A DNA stretch of 63,859 nucleotides, the filler included, from Choristocarpus tenellus KU-1152 (taxonomy: Eukaryota; Protista; Phaeophyceae): assembly GCA_964200185.2 (NCBI GenBank). It is 11 parts of 11 records of this genome, joined end to end, with 100 filler letters (N's around TTAATTAATTAA, not from the genome) between each part and the next. Parts side by side here need not be neighbours in the genome. Positions count along the whole stretch, not along the records: positions 8,127 to 16,858 come from CAXNAD020004392.1; positions 16,959 to 20,580 come from CAXNAD020018900.1; positions 20,681 to 24,344 come from CAXNAD020018638.1; positions 24,445 to 29,445 come from CAXNAD020012215.1; 7 more parts are not named here. The stretch is one strand, 5' to 3'. This document shows, piece after piece, positions 13,998 through 26,680 of the stretch; within the stretch, counting starts at the first letter, position 1; every line of letters starts with the position of its first letter. Under the pieces are notes generated by a model. The model was not told where the DNA came from, searched no databases, and saw only the letters and a list, made by a program, of their open reading frames with translations. The position numbers and the translations under genes are program-made.

Positions 13998-14270
13998 CAC
14001 TCACTACCCAGTACTCAATACTCACTACCCACTACCCACTACCCACTACCCACTACCCACTACTCACTACCCAATACTCACTACTCAATACTCAATACTC
14101 ACTACTCACTACTCACAACCCACTACCCACTACCAAATAGTCACTACCCACTACTCACTACTCACTACTCACTACCCACTACCAAATATTCACTACCCAC
14201 TACTCACTATCCACTACCCACTACTCATTACTCACTACCCACTACCCACTACCAAGTACTAAGTACTCCC
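13998..14270 (+). repeat. Heptamer tandem repeat (CTACYCA)n
   Basis: Repeated ctactca/ctaccca units. Confidence 0.9.
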
Positions 14271-14364
14271 TACTTGGTAAAACAACAAATGAGAATGAGA
14301 AGCACTGCGTGATGTGCCCACAAAGGCTACTACAAACAAAATATTACTAATATTGCTGTTGGTA

Positions 14365-14570
14365 CAAACAGTATATATTCAAGTGGTACATACTCAAATA
14401 TTATGTATTCAAACAATATGTATCCAAATGGTATGTATTCAAAGAATATGTATTCAAACAGTATATATTTGAACGATACATATTTGAATGGTATGTGTTG
14501 AAACAATATGTATTGAAACAGTATGTATTCAAACGGTATGTATTCAAACAATATGTATTCAAACATTATT
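14365..14570 (+). repeat. 15-bp minisatellite (AAACARTATGTATTC-like)
   Basis: About 13 degenerate units with period 15. Confidence 0.85.
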
Positions 14571-14795
14571 TAAATACATTTTTCGGGAGCCAAACTTATC
14601 CCTAGAGAGAGATTCCTGCTTCCTTTGATGTAGTTAGCTTTAGTTATCCAATCTGTTGACAGAGTTACAAACAAGCAATGTACTCTTGATGTGGCTGCTC
14701 TACCTTTGGTCCACCCCTGGTGTAGGTGTATCCATGTGTCCAACGTACTCCATCATAGAGGTCTGGATTTATAGTCCCACTGGTACTGCATATCA

Positions 14796-15702
14796 ACAGT
14801 CTATTTGGTACAGTCTATTCAGTACATTCTATTTGGTGCAGTCCATTTGGTACAGTGGTACAGTCTATATGGTACAGTCTATTTGGTGCAATCTATTTGG
14901 TACAGTCTATTTGGTACAACCTATTCGGTACAGTCTATTTGGCACAGTCTATTTGGTAAAGTCTATTCCGTACAGTCTATTTGGTACAGTCTATTCGGCA
15001 GTCTATTCGGCAGTCTATTTGGTAGTCTATTCGGCAGTCTATTCCGTACAGTCTATTCAGTACATTCTATTTGGTACAGTCTATTTTGTAAAGTCTATTC
15101 GGCAGTCTATTCCGTACAGTCTATTTGGTACAGTTTATTCGGCAGTCTATTTGGTACAGTCTATTCCGTACAGTCTATTTGGTAGTCTATTCAGCAGTCT
15201 ATTCCGTACAGTCTATTCGGTGCAATCCATTTTGGTACAGTTTATTCCGTACAACCTATTTGGTAGTCTATTTGGTACAGTCTATTTGGCACAGTCTATT
15301 TGGTAAAGTCTATTCGGCAGTCTATTCCGTACAGTCTATTTGGTACAGTCTATTCGGCAGTCTATTCCGTACAGTCTATTCAGTACATTCTATTTGGTAC
15401 AGTCTATTTGGTAAAGTCTATTCGGCAGTCTGTTCCGTACAGTCTATTTGGTACAGTTTATTCGGCAGTCTATTTTGTACAGTCTATTCCGTACAGTCTA
15501 TTTGGTACAGTCTATTCAGCAGTCTATTCTGTACAGTCTATTGGGTGCAATCCATTTTGGTACAGCTTATTCCGTACAACCTATTCGGTACAGTCTATTG
15601 GGTGCAATCTATTTGGCACAGTTTATTCTGTACAACCTATTTGGTAGTCTATTTGGTAAAGTCTATTCGGCAGTCTATTCCGTACAGTCTATTCCGTGCA
15701 GT
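14796..15702 (+). repeat. ~900-bp 15/12-bp minisatellite (TGGTACAGTCTATTT / CGGCAGTCTATT)
   Basis: Direct inspection; it explains the overlapping repetitive ORFs in all three + frames. Confidence 0.93.
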
Positions 15703-16792
15703 CTCTCCTCAATACAGTGGCAGTAATGGTGGTATTCAAGTGTACACCTTTACATGAAGACCCCTTGACGCATGTCCATGTTGTGATACTACTTGTGAGA
15801 TACATTGTACAGTGTATACCTTAACCTTCACATGTACCCTAACCCTAACGCTAGCGGTAGAGCACTGCCTTGTTCTTTCTTACTCATTGTTGACTCTGTG
15901 TAGATTGTATGTTATTATGTTTTTGTGTTAACTGGTCCTAACTGTGGCAAACGCCTGGTCTGAATATAGGGTTAGGGTTAGGGCATTGTAGTACCTAGTG
16001 AAACACTGATCCCTAACCCTAACCCTATCCCAAATGAACAGTTACAACCTTGTCATGATATCGAGATGGATGGATACCACTCTAGCAGCTAATGTCTGTA
16101 GGATGAAAACTCCACACTTACCCTTGGCCAGACTCTCTTGGGAAGAATACTCCATACACCTTTTTTGACTGAAATGCCGGAGGTCATGCTAGGTACACTC
16201 AAGAGAAAAGATTAATATTATTAATATTAGTACTATTGCTGTTAATGTTTATAGTGTCTCTTGGGAGCAGTGTCAGTCCCTTACGCTGTAAGTATATTAT
16301 TTGATGTTATAGTACTTGCTTTTTGTTCTGATTCCAACTCACACAATGATGATGGTGATGATGATGATTGTAGTAAGAATGATGGTAATGGTAGTAATAA
16401 TAATCAATGACGATCAAGAAGCATGATGTTCGCTGCAGTATGTGTGATGTTGAGATTAACTGTCTTGATTGCAGTACCCTGATATTGAAAAATTGAAGAG
16501 TATGCTACCTGTGCAAAAGAAGGAGCCCTTCCTTGGATGGGACCCGTCTTTAATATTATTATTGATATTATCATTAATATTATCATTCCCAAATCACCCC
16601 GTCTTCTATCAACAGCAGTTTATGTCCTCATCCTTCCTAGGGTATATTTTTGAGTACTTCCTAGCCAACAACAAAGCGCTTCTCATTTGGGTCTGTTTCT
16701 GTGTGGGCATTCCAGTTCCCCACCCTTTTGCACCTTTCAATAGACTGTTAACGCTCGCCTGGAATGGTTATGGTTCATTAATACTACTTCAT

Positions 16793-16858
16793 GGGTCAAA
16801 GTATCTGGGGGGGGGGGGCGTCCGTCTTTCTTTCTTCTTTTTTTTTTTTTTTTTTTTT
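16793..16858. mobile_element. Poly-G MITE family B terminus (truncated at contig end)
   Basis: GGGTCAAAGTATCT-G(n)-CGTCCGT; the same terminus occurs at 43778 and, inverted, at 16959-17016, 29546-29587, 39432-39557 and 44040-44063. Confidence 0.7.
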
Positions 16859-16972
16859 NNNNNNNNNNNNNNNNNNNNNNNNNNNNNNNNNNNNNNNNNN
16901 NNTTAATTAATTAANNNNNNNNNNNNNNNNNNNNNNNNNNNNNNNNNNNNNNNNNNNNCCCCAACTGGACAG

Positions 16973-17006
<34 letters not shown>

Positions 17007-17070
17007 AGACACTTTGTTTTGGGCCTGATTTCATTTTTATATTTTTCTCACTGTCTGTTGTGTCTGGAAG

Positions 17071-18054
17071 GGACATCTGTGCCAGTGCAACGACAGGAAG
17101 CGGTAAGACGGCGGCGTTCATGCTGCCCGTCCTGGAGAGACTACTCTTCCGACCCAAGAAGGTGGCAGCGACTCGGGTGCTGGTGATCACTCCCACCCGA
17201 GAGCTGGGGTTCCAGGTGCACAGCATGTGTCGGAGCCTTGGGCAATTCACGGATATATCGTCGTGTCTTGTGGTGGGGGGGAATAAGAACATCAAGGCTC
17301 AGGTGAACGGTTTGTGTGATTGGCAAGGAGTGGACTGGATGACAATGATGTTTGGATTGGTTGGGTTGAGGAGTGATGTTTAAATTGGTTGAGGTAAGGA
17401 GTGCGTTGTGGTGCTACAGTGTGTGTTGGATGAATTGGAGGCGCTGAGAGGCGAGGTTGTTTCAAGGTGAGGAGAAGAGTGTGTTGGTTTTTCTAAAATA
17501 GGGGTGATAGTAATTGAAAAACAATGTGCGTAGGGTGTTGGTGAGTGCAAATCAATATGTTGTGTGTGATTTTAAGTGAAATGTTTGTAACAACAAACAC
17601 TCAGATGTGACGAAATGTACAATAGCAACATATGTTTGTGATTGAAAGATTGTTCACACACATAGGGATGAGGGGATTGATGTAGGATTAGGGATTAGCT
17701 CCATTGTGGTCACGTAGGGCTGAAGTATAGTGTACTTTGAGACCCCTCTGTGGCAAGCGGGCCACATTCGATTTAAGGCATATAATAGTGCCTACTCTGA
17801 AGGGTTTTTTTATTGAGTAAAGCTGTCAACTTTAGTGAGTCGATGTTAGTGAGGAAGTCGGTGGATTTTTCCTGTCCTTGTGTGTACTGAGTACCTTATT
17901 GGAGACCTGTTGATCTGGGGGTTTGTAGACTGGAAGGATTTCGTGCGGTTCATCATATAAGCATGAATAGATACAAATGCGTACATTTCTGTGTCAGTTT
18001 TTTTTATAGTTTTTTTTTCAGAAGCGTTTTATAAAAAAAGGACCGACTTTAAAC

Positions 18055-18086
<32 letters not shown>

Positions 18087-19207
18087 TATTTTATAGATGT
18101 GTGTGAGGCGAGGTATGATGTGATGTGTGTGTTGTACTTGCTTGTTTGTTGTTCTAGAGAGAGATTGTTTTTGATTGCTGTGCTGCATTGGGGTTGGTTG
18201 TTCAACCTGCAGCCGGTGCTTTTTTGTGATGCACATTGGGGCTATTGTTGCATCTTACGTTTGCTGCCCTAATTTACGTTGAAGTATTTTGTGTGGTTTG
18301 CTGCCCTAATTTTTTTTTGGTAACAGTAGTTGTTTTGTGTTGCCTGGTACCAGGTTTGTGAGTTATGTTTCAATTAAACAACTGTACAGGTCATGCGACC
18401 CATATATGTATAGGTTAAGTGTCGTGAAGTGCTGTGAAGTGTAACATAGTATTCCACTCAATAAAATTTTGTCGAAAAAAAGTATTTGTTCTGAGTAACT
18501 AATGAAGTGTTCTTTGTGGGAGGACCAGATTCGCAGGGGGTGAATTCCCTGGAACAGAATTCTTGCTGTGATCTATAAATATGGAGTCAAAGTATATCTC
18601 ACCTTTTCTGTATGGAGTTATACCAAGCTCCTGTCTCTGTGCTTTGAGTTATTCAAGACTGGTTCAACAGGGGCAACTGAATTGAGAATACTGATTCATT
18701 CATTCATTCATTCATTCATTCATTTTTTTTTCAATGTTTTATTGTGTACTTTATTGTGTACTTTATTTGTACTCTACCTCTGTTGTACACGGTAGTGTTT
18801 GTGTTCTTGCTATTGATTCAGATGGTGTCAAAATCATTTACGTTGATGAATATCTGTATTGACTCTTACTGCAGAACATACCCCCACATTAAAAAAAAGT
18901 AAATATATTTTATATAACCCCTAGCCCTAATATATTCAGCAGTATTAATATCAATAGTAGTAACAATGATACTGGTATGGGTATGACTCTTCCACTCACT
19001 GTTGCGAAATGCCAACTACTGTACAGCAAGTTTTTGCTATTGGTATCTCTTAGCCCTAACCTTCACTAAACTCTTGTGGTTTTTCAGGAAGCAGAGCTGA
19101 GGGGTAGGCCTGACATTGTGGTCTGCACCCCCGGGCGCATGGTGGATCACATCACCAACTCTGCCAGTATTCACCTGGATGACGTGGAGATCCTAGTGTT
19201 GGATGAG
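17071..19207 (+). CDS. DDX27: DEAD-box RNA helicase, DDX27/Drs1-like (two internal exons)
   Basis: Exons 17071-17302 and 19088-19207: [48 protein letters not shown]|[29 protein letters not shown]. Motifs I, Ia, Ib and the start of II are present; ERLLFRP is typical of DDX27/Drs1. Confidence 0.9.
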
Positions 19208-19471
19208 GTAACAAAATGTACTACTGTTATTTAATGCCTACGCTTAGCGTGTTCTGTTAATGCTATACTACTGTTATTTAATTTCACCCAAGACATTTTT
19301 TTTTAACTTCAAAAAAAAATCTTATCTCGTGTCTAGTATCGGATGTAGAGCACGTTGTTATGGGTTTATGATTTTTTTGCTCTTTGACACTCACTGGTGA
19401 AAGCAGCAAATGCACAAGGGGGAGGGGCAGGAGGGCTATGTGGGAAGGGCTGAGAGAGGAAAAGTTGCATG

Positions 19472-19620
19472 CGTGTGTCTGTGTCTGTCTGTGTGTGTCT
19501 GTGTGTGTCTGTGTGTGTTTGTGTCTGTCTGTGTCTGTCTGTGTCTGTCTGTCTGTCTGTGTCTGTCTGTGTCTCTGTCTGTGTCTCTGTCTGTGTCTCT
19601 GTCTGTGTGTGCGCGCGCGT
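19472..19620 (+). repeat. GT/GTCT compound microsatellite
   Basis: gtgtct/gtct repeats directly abutting MITE A copy 2. Confidence 0.9.
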
Positions 19621-19624
19621 GATG

Positions 19625-19905
19625 GAGTGATAGTATCTTAGAGGGTACAAGTTTTGCCCTGTTTGTCCAGTACAAGTTTTGGGTCTTGGCTTCCCACAGA
19701 ATTTTTTATGATATTTTATGATATTTTACCTACTCCAAAACATTTTGGAGTAGGTATAATGTATTAAACTATGAAGGGATGTGTCCGGAACAAGGATATT
19801 GGCACTACCTAACAAACATGATAGTCAAAATTGCGTCGAAGTTGCAACATTGGATTTTGACCTCCAAGCAGATGCGTCTACCCTAACCCTAAGATACTTT
19901 GACTC
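19625..19905. mobile_element. MITE family A, copy 2 (diverged)
   Basis: GAGTGATAGTATCTTAGAGGGTAC...CCCTAAGATACTTTGACTC; flanks ATG/ATT. Confidence 0.88.
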
Positions 19906-20688
19906 ATTCGGAGTGATAGCAATGCATACTGATGATGTTTGGTGGCTTTCTACGTGCATGAGGATGTCTGTGGTAAGGGGGGGGAGGGGGAAAGAGGGGA
20001 GGGGGTAGGGAGGGAGGTTTCACCCGGCGTAGAGACACCTGTATGATTGTCAGGCACTTTTACACAAGTGATTTGTGTGGAATGTGGTGCCATGTTGAGG
20101 GTTCTGTCACGACTAATGAATAGTTGACTTGTGTGTGTTGTAGGAAGAAGAAAGCTGTTAAATATTTCTTTTTGAGTTCAGATCACAGCTTAAATATCTG
20201 TGAGAGCTTTCGTCTTGTATGCTCAGCTGGTGGGCCCAGAGATCCCCCCCCCAACCCTCCTCCCGCCGCAGGTTTTTCCATGAGATAGAGAGGTGTTTTT
20301 CACATATAGAGTCAGTCACTGACTAATTCAGAAAATTCCCACCTTTTTCCTGTGTTGGAATTCTTCAACTTCAATCGGTGGAGTGGTATGATGTCGGTGA
20401 TATGCAAGCGAAGTTCCACGTGTCACCGGCAACAAGTTTGTTTTTTTTAGTAGTAGTGCAGCAGCAGCACCTAGATATTTGACAGATTCAAATTCAATTA
20501 CTCGAAAGAAATAAAAAAGAAGGGATCTGCATTGCCTCTTTTTAAAATGAAGATTATTTAAAAATATATATATATATATTNNNNNNNNNNNNNNNNNNNN
20601 NNNNNNNNNNNNNNNNNNNNNNNNTTAATTAATTAANNNNNNNNNNNNNNNNNNNNNNNNNNNNNNNNNNNNNNNNNNNNGTGGGGGT

Positions 20689-20734
<46 letters not shown>

Positions 20735-21477
20735 AGGGGCTTGCATTCATTCATCCTGTTTGTGTTGTTGTGGCATTGTGAGGACAAGAGTAAGTATTAA
20801 TGGCTAAGGTGAAGGTGAAGGTGAAGTGATCTCATCCGATGTTCGCTCCGTTGTCACTGAAAAGGTAAAGGATTATCTTTCTCTGTCACTGCACTAGATA
20901 CATTTATTTATTTTTAGATTAAGATTTTAAAAACGCTTGGTGAGATATCTTTGCCCGGCGACCTTTTGCCACTTTTTCCAACTACTGTTATTTAACCATG
21001 TGGGGTGTGTGTATTTATTATATATTTTATTTAATTATTTGTTTATTTTACTTATTCGTGTTTTTGGTATCATCTTGGAATAGTTTTTTGTGTGTATGTA
21101 TGTATGTCTTGGAATAGTTTTTTTTTTGTAAGAACGATCGACGAGAGGAGGCCCCTCTTAACGAGTAACGCTTTTATTATTTTTTGGTGATTTATTTTTG
21201 TTTTTATGTTTCTCCCACCTCCGGTACTGCTGTGACTGTTTTTTTTAGGCGGGGGGGGAGAAAAAAGAAAAAATATATTATTGTCACCAAACAGTACAGT
21301 ACAGTAACCTCAAGTGTCGATAAGAAAGATATATATATATATTTTTTTTTTTAAACCAACCTTTTTTGTATTTGAGCATATAATGAAAAGTAACCAACTT
21401 CTCCTCAGTTCTTGGCACTGATTGTCTGCAATTTTTTTTTAAGTCTACTCTCACACACACACACAAATGCCTCGCAG

Positions 21478-21941
21478 GATCTATCAAGGTCACTCTATGT
21501 CTCTTATGCCCTCCTAGTGGGGCAGATGTCGCACAAGCCAGAGACTCTTGAAGGATACATTGTCACCATTGGGTGGTTGTTTGTGTGCTTTATCCTGGGT
21601 GCAACATGTGAGATGACGTCTAAGATTATGTTATCATTTCTAAGATTATGATATCATTTTGGGGGCGTTACCTCCTTGGCATTGCCTGCATCATCCCACA
21701 TCACCTTGCGTTGGTGTGGGATGTTTGATGCCTGATGGTGGTAAACATGATGAGCAAGCTGAAGTGATGGAAATTTTGGGTCAGGTGGATGCTTGCGCTG
21801 TAGAGTGGGCTGACTTTTTGAGGACCTATCGTTGACTTGTGATGTTGATGTTTGTTTGCTTCAGTTGCATGTGTGTATGAGTTGGGGGGGGGGGGGGGGG
21901 GGGGGGGGGTCGTCTTGTGGTTTTTTTCTTTTTTTTAAAAA

Positions 21942-21979
<38 letters not shown>

Positions 21980-22563
21980 GGGTGGGGGGGGGGGGGGGGG
22001 GGGGGGGGGGGTGGGGGGGGTTCTCCGTTCCAAGTCTATTGCATCAGTCACATTAAGCATGTATTTTTATTTTTATTATTATATTATTGTCATTGATAAA
22101 AGTATCTGTGGGTTTGAACCAAAATACTTGATGGGTGTGAGAGTATGTGAAAAGAGCTTCTGCTCGTAGATAGGTGCAGTGTGGTCCACCTACACTCCAA
22201 TGAAAAGTTATTTTTTTCTCCTCTCAAGAGGCTTCACAATCAAGAGGCGGTTGTGGCTTCACTTGTGACATACTCCCTGTACGGGTGGTTGGTTTTATTG
22301 TTCTTAATTTGTTTGAGATTATATGCATGTATGTATACATTATGTATTGTTGGAGGTGTGTATCAGTGGTATTATTATTTTTTGGTGGTGGTATATGGAC
22401 CACGGCTTTACTTAGGACATCATTTTGTTGCTGTGGTGTATAGTCTGATCAAACAAATGACTGAGTTGTGGTCCCTTCCTCAATGGCAAACAAAATTTGT
22501 GACTTTGTGACAGATACTGCAAATCTGGCTTCTTTCCTCACCATCTCCAGTTCTCTGTCCAAT
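21478..22563 (+). CDS. Ionotropic glutamate receptor-like (GLR) channel, M2-M3 exons
   Basis: Exon 21478-21607 (DLSRSLYVSYALLVGQMSHKPETLEGYIVTIGWLFVCFILGAT+t) splices in phase 1 to exon 22514-22563 (YTANLASFLTISSSLSN). The join rebuilds TYTANLASF, the iGluR SYTANLAAF gating motif. Confidence 0.88.
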
Positions 22564-24444
22564 GTAAGTCTGACCATCATCTATGAGATGAGGAAAGGGG
22601 GATGTTTTCATTTTCATGATGCAGATTTTTTATTCTTTAGAAGTGCCTATCGGTGTGAAATGTATTTCTGATGATTATGATTATGATTATGATCACGATT
22701 ATGATTATGATTATGTGGGGGGTCCATGATTCGTCCTATATTTTTGTTTTTTTATTGAAGTATTTTTGAAACATTCCATTTCAAACGCGAGTGCTAAGTA
22801 TCTGGCGTTTGAAATGAGAGGAATGGACATGCGAAGGTGTTACATAGCATCAAAGGATCTTGTTCATAGGATCTACTTATTTTGAAGTATTTTGATGTGC
22901 TGTGTTGATGTGATTGGCTGCCAAGAGATGCCTTCTCGTCTCATCTCCCGTTGCTGGTCACTATGTTGAAGTAAACTGGGTACTCTTTTTTTTATCATTT
23001 TTTTTAATGTAAACATGGTATTTTTGTTGTATTGTATTTTGATGAAGTGAAGTCACTGTTGTCTGCAGGTTTTCACATCTTCTCCTCTGATTGGGAGTGA
23101 CATATTGAGCTTGTACCTTACTGTATCCATTGACGATCATGGCACTGATTGTAGTACTTCACAACTCCTATTGTGTAAGCAGGTGGGGGGTGTGGGAAGG
23201 CGTACATCACACCTGGAAGGCGGTGTCCTTCTATCACCCCCAAACACACCTTCCTCAATGTGTGCTCAAGCAATGAAAAGTGTCTTGCTTTCACCACCTG
23301 TTTTGATACTACTACCTCACATGTGGATTGCTAGTTGACACTCTAAAGTAGGACATACTGCTAGTTAGTATTCTTGATAGCGCCTTCTTGCATCATAACA
23401 TCACAAAAGCCTTCCAAGTCTCGTACAGGACCGACCCTAACGCAGAGTCTTAACTGCTATGCCCCCGTCCATCTGTCCCTGCCTGCAAATGATGTCATGC
23501 ATCAACCACGGATATGATGTATGATATATGGTGCACAGAGCGTCACACTATCTAAACTGCAGACAGGGAGAGTCGATCACTCCGAAGTAAGTGGGATCAC
23601 ATTGCGGTTATAGGGTATGTTAATTTAAATGTTTCCACTGGGACATCATAGGGGAAAGGCATGGAAAGTGGAAGTCAATGCAATGCATCCAAGAGGGGCT
23701 ATCAAGGTCGCACAATAATAAGTGTGGAGTTGTAGAGAGCTAGAGGGGGTCCTACTGTTTTGTTTACATATATATTTTTTTAACAATTGGCATTTTTTTG
23801 CATGCCATTGTAGATGATTGGCTGCTGCTGCTGCTGCTGCAGAGCTTTGAATGTTTGTATGGTAAAAGAATTTGTGTGTGTGTTTTTTTTTTTTTACAGT
23901 AAGGGGTTGAATTCGACTGCATGGATTGAAGAGTTTTTTGTTTTAAACTTTTTGCTTGGAAGGCGTCCAGATGAGGTTTAAAATGTGTGTTGCATTTATT
24001 TTTTTTTTATTAGCATCGCTGACATTTGCCACCAGGAGAATGTGAACTTTGGCAAAATAGATACGAGATCTAAATAGATTAATAAATAAATAAATATCTA
24101 TTGCCTCCAACTCCCCCCACCTAGTGACTGCTCTTAAAGATAAATGAAGGAAAGTTGTTGTTGACTGTGGTGGAAGTTGGATCCACTCTTCTGCAGTATT
24201 GTCAATGGTCCCCCTATAGACCCAACAAATCCAAGACATGCAACAACCCTATCTCAGGGGCTGGGGGGGGGGGTACTTCTACCAAAAAAAAAAATAGAAA
24301 AAGCTTTGTAATTTTTTTTGCACCCTTTTTTTTTTCGTTTTTATNNNNNNNNNNNNNNNNNNNNNNNNNNNNNNNNNNNNNNNNNNNNTTAATTAATTAA
24401 NNNNNNNNNNNNNNNNNNNNNNNNNNNNNNNNNNNNNNNNNNNN

Positions 24445-26069
24445 CTCCTCTTCATCTTCCTCCTCGTCCTCCTCCTTGTCGTCGCCGGTGTTGTCCTCCC
24501 TTTCATCCCCATTCTCCCCCCCCCTCTCCTCTCCTCATCCCTTGAATGTAGTCTTCCGCGTCCTTATCCCACAAACCCCCCCCTTTCCCTCGCCTCTATA
24601 GCAGACCGTAGAAATGTCAAGACCTTGGTAGGAATCTTTTGCCGTTCCCAACAAGTTTCTTGCAAGTCGAAACAATACCCGCCACGGGTTCCCAGCTTAT
24701 GTCTTTAACCCGCTTCTGTTTCCCAGTTCGCCCGGATCTATCACCAGCATGTACGTAGCCTTCTACAAAACTACTTTTCCCGTACTTCTCAAGGGTCATA
24801 AATGCGGCATTTTCACGTGTGTGGTCACTGGTCGGCCAAAGCCAGTGAAGATCCACCCCACGCTCCCCGTCCTCGCCGACGCGCTCCGTTAGGATCTTGC
24901 CGACCAAGAGCGGCGCCTCTGTTGCCACAAAAAAGGAAAATCTACCTTCCTGCGCGGAGACGAGGTTTCCATGGTTCGCCGATGTCAAGGTAGCACGAGG
25001 CCAACCCCGTCGACGGGAGCCAGCTTCTTCCTTGTCACTATCCGTTGAGGAAGAGTCTGTTTCCTCGAGCCCGCCGAGATCATTGTCACCGCTGACGAGA
25101 TTACCTCCACCCGAACGTTCGCCCTGGTCGGTGTTTTTGACGTCGCTGGTACCAGTTCCAGCACCATCGTCATCGGTGGGAAGCCGATGGACTGGGAGGT
25201 CGAACTCTCGTCCCCCTGTCTTTTTGAGAAGCTGCACAGACTTCCTTTGCTCGTGTTTCGCTCCCTGAACGGCTTCACCATCTGTGAAGGTGGAATCCAT
25301 GAGCACGAGAACATCAACGGTATGGAAGAATTAAGGTTACTTTGTAACCAGGCGTGAGGTTTCACGAATGCGCTCGGGGAGCATGCAGTGAGAGGGAGGG
25401 TGTATATTTCGTCGGATTCGTGTCTGCTGAGTACAAGACCAGTACCCTCAAAACAATTATCGGGGGTAATCTATAGTACTTTTTATTGTATCATGCGACG
25501 ATCACTACGTATGAGAATGGAATATTTTTCAAGATTGTTTTTGTAAAGGCTGTAAAGGCTGCCTCGTACAGAAGTTGCACCAGATTTTTTTGGCTGCCGC
25601 CGAACACAAAAATTAGCCATGAACTCCCCTCACGAAAAAATCGACTTACCTAGTGGGTACGCAGCAGCGAGGCGCTCGTGCGACGCCTAGTACCGCTGCT
25701 CCACCTTCAGGATGACGTCTTTGGGAACGCTCTTGAGCTGGTATGTGGGTGCATCTTGGATACGAGGCGGGTGGCCGATGAAGAGGTCGTGCAGAGGGGC
25801 GTTGGGGTCGATAGCAAGGTCTCCGCCTATCCCACTCCATTCGGTGCTGTGCATGTATTGCTTCACGCTAACCTTAACCCGCCCATCACCACCTTTTTCA
25901 ACGCGAAAAGCCCTGTAGCTCGTGATATTGGGGACGCGGTTGACGCGACCGCGAAGGAGTCCCTTGAAGTTTTCCTCGTTCCGTAGGGTCTTGCAGTATA
26001 CTGGAACCTCCGTGTAAGAGGCCTGCAGCTCTTCACCCAGCTGTGTTCTTGTGAAAATGTTCTGAGAAC
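24445..26069 (-). pseudogene. Decayed spliced DNA transposase, C-terminal part, Sola/DUF7869-like
   Basis: Exon 26069-25650 reads IFTRTQLGEELQASYTEVPVYCKTLRNEENFKGLLRGRVNRVPNITSYRAFRVEKGGDGRVKVSVKQYMHSTEWSG. This resembles the post-catalytic 'T..eL...i..Sy..P....l..v.nwK..L......i.gIs.yh.Fr' segment of DUF7869/Sola transposases. In-frame TAG at 25689-25687. Phase-1 splice to the exon starting at 25281 (acidic linker, ..VGKI..VDLHWLWP..). A 1-nt frameshift near 24638 restores GKKIPTKVL and an acidic tail. The catalytic exons are absent. Confidence 0.62.
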
Positions 26070-26422
26070 CTGAAGGTGAAATGCAAGCAAGTTAATTTTG
26101 AGGCGGGGGCAAAAGAAATGAAATGGAGAAGCAAGATATATATGCAGGCACTCTGATGCATGTATATGAAAGTATAGATATAAAAAGGGGTGATGCGTAC
26201 ATTTTTTTATTGTTTTGTTTCGAGAGTAGGTTACGAAACAGTTTTGGCAGCTGCTCTTATCGTTCAATTTTGTTGTGGGGAAATCAAAAGCCAATCAATC
26301 AATTACAGTGTATGACCATAAACCTTCCATGGATGCAACAAGCGTGAGCTGCAAGCCTCAAGGCAGTATCTGAGCGTATCAAAACACTATGTGGCTATTG
26401 CACTTGTATATCTTGCCTTATT

Positions 26423-26680
26423 GAGTCAAAGTATCTTAGAGGGTAGAGCCGCATCCATTTGGGGACCAAATCCGATGCTGCAATTTTGATGCTATTTTGG
26501 CTATCATGTTTGTTAGGAGACGCCAATATCCTTGTTCTGGACACTCCTTTTCATAACGTATACATTTTACCTACTCCGAAATGTTTCAGAGTAGGTAAAA
26601 TGTCATGAAAAACCCGTGGGAAGCCAAACCCCAGATGGACAAACAGGGCAAAACTCGTACCCTCTAAGATACTTTCACTC
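26423..26680. mobile_element. MITE family A, copy 3 (no matching TSD)
   Basis: GAGTCAAAGTATCTTAGAGGGTAG...TACCCTCTAAGATACTTTCACTC; flanks TATT/TGAG. Confidence 0.92.

Noticed and set aside
14656-15757. Several 100-216 aa repetitive ORFs (YSLFGTV/VQSIW), and the array as a possible CRISPR
   Set aside because: Translations of a minisatellite; there are no unique spacers and no cas genes, and the context is eukaryotic.
12430-16780. Scattered minus-strand Gypsy integrase/chromodomain-like words (LLIEDGVIW, PKRVWPRVSVEF, ILAMVETNRRFQYLNK)
   Set aside because: Too short and degenerate, and a genuine NUP93 exon lies between them, so a single element cannot be supported.
19366-19675. ORFs rich in TQTD/VCLC, plus the poly-Leu ORF at 50171-50359
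   Set aside because: Microsatellite translations.
24897-25365. Overlapping ORFs 24897-25268 (+) and 24985-25365 (-)
   Set aside because: Shadow frames of the GC-rich transposase exon.
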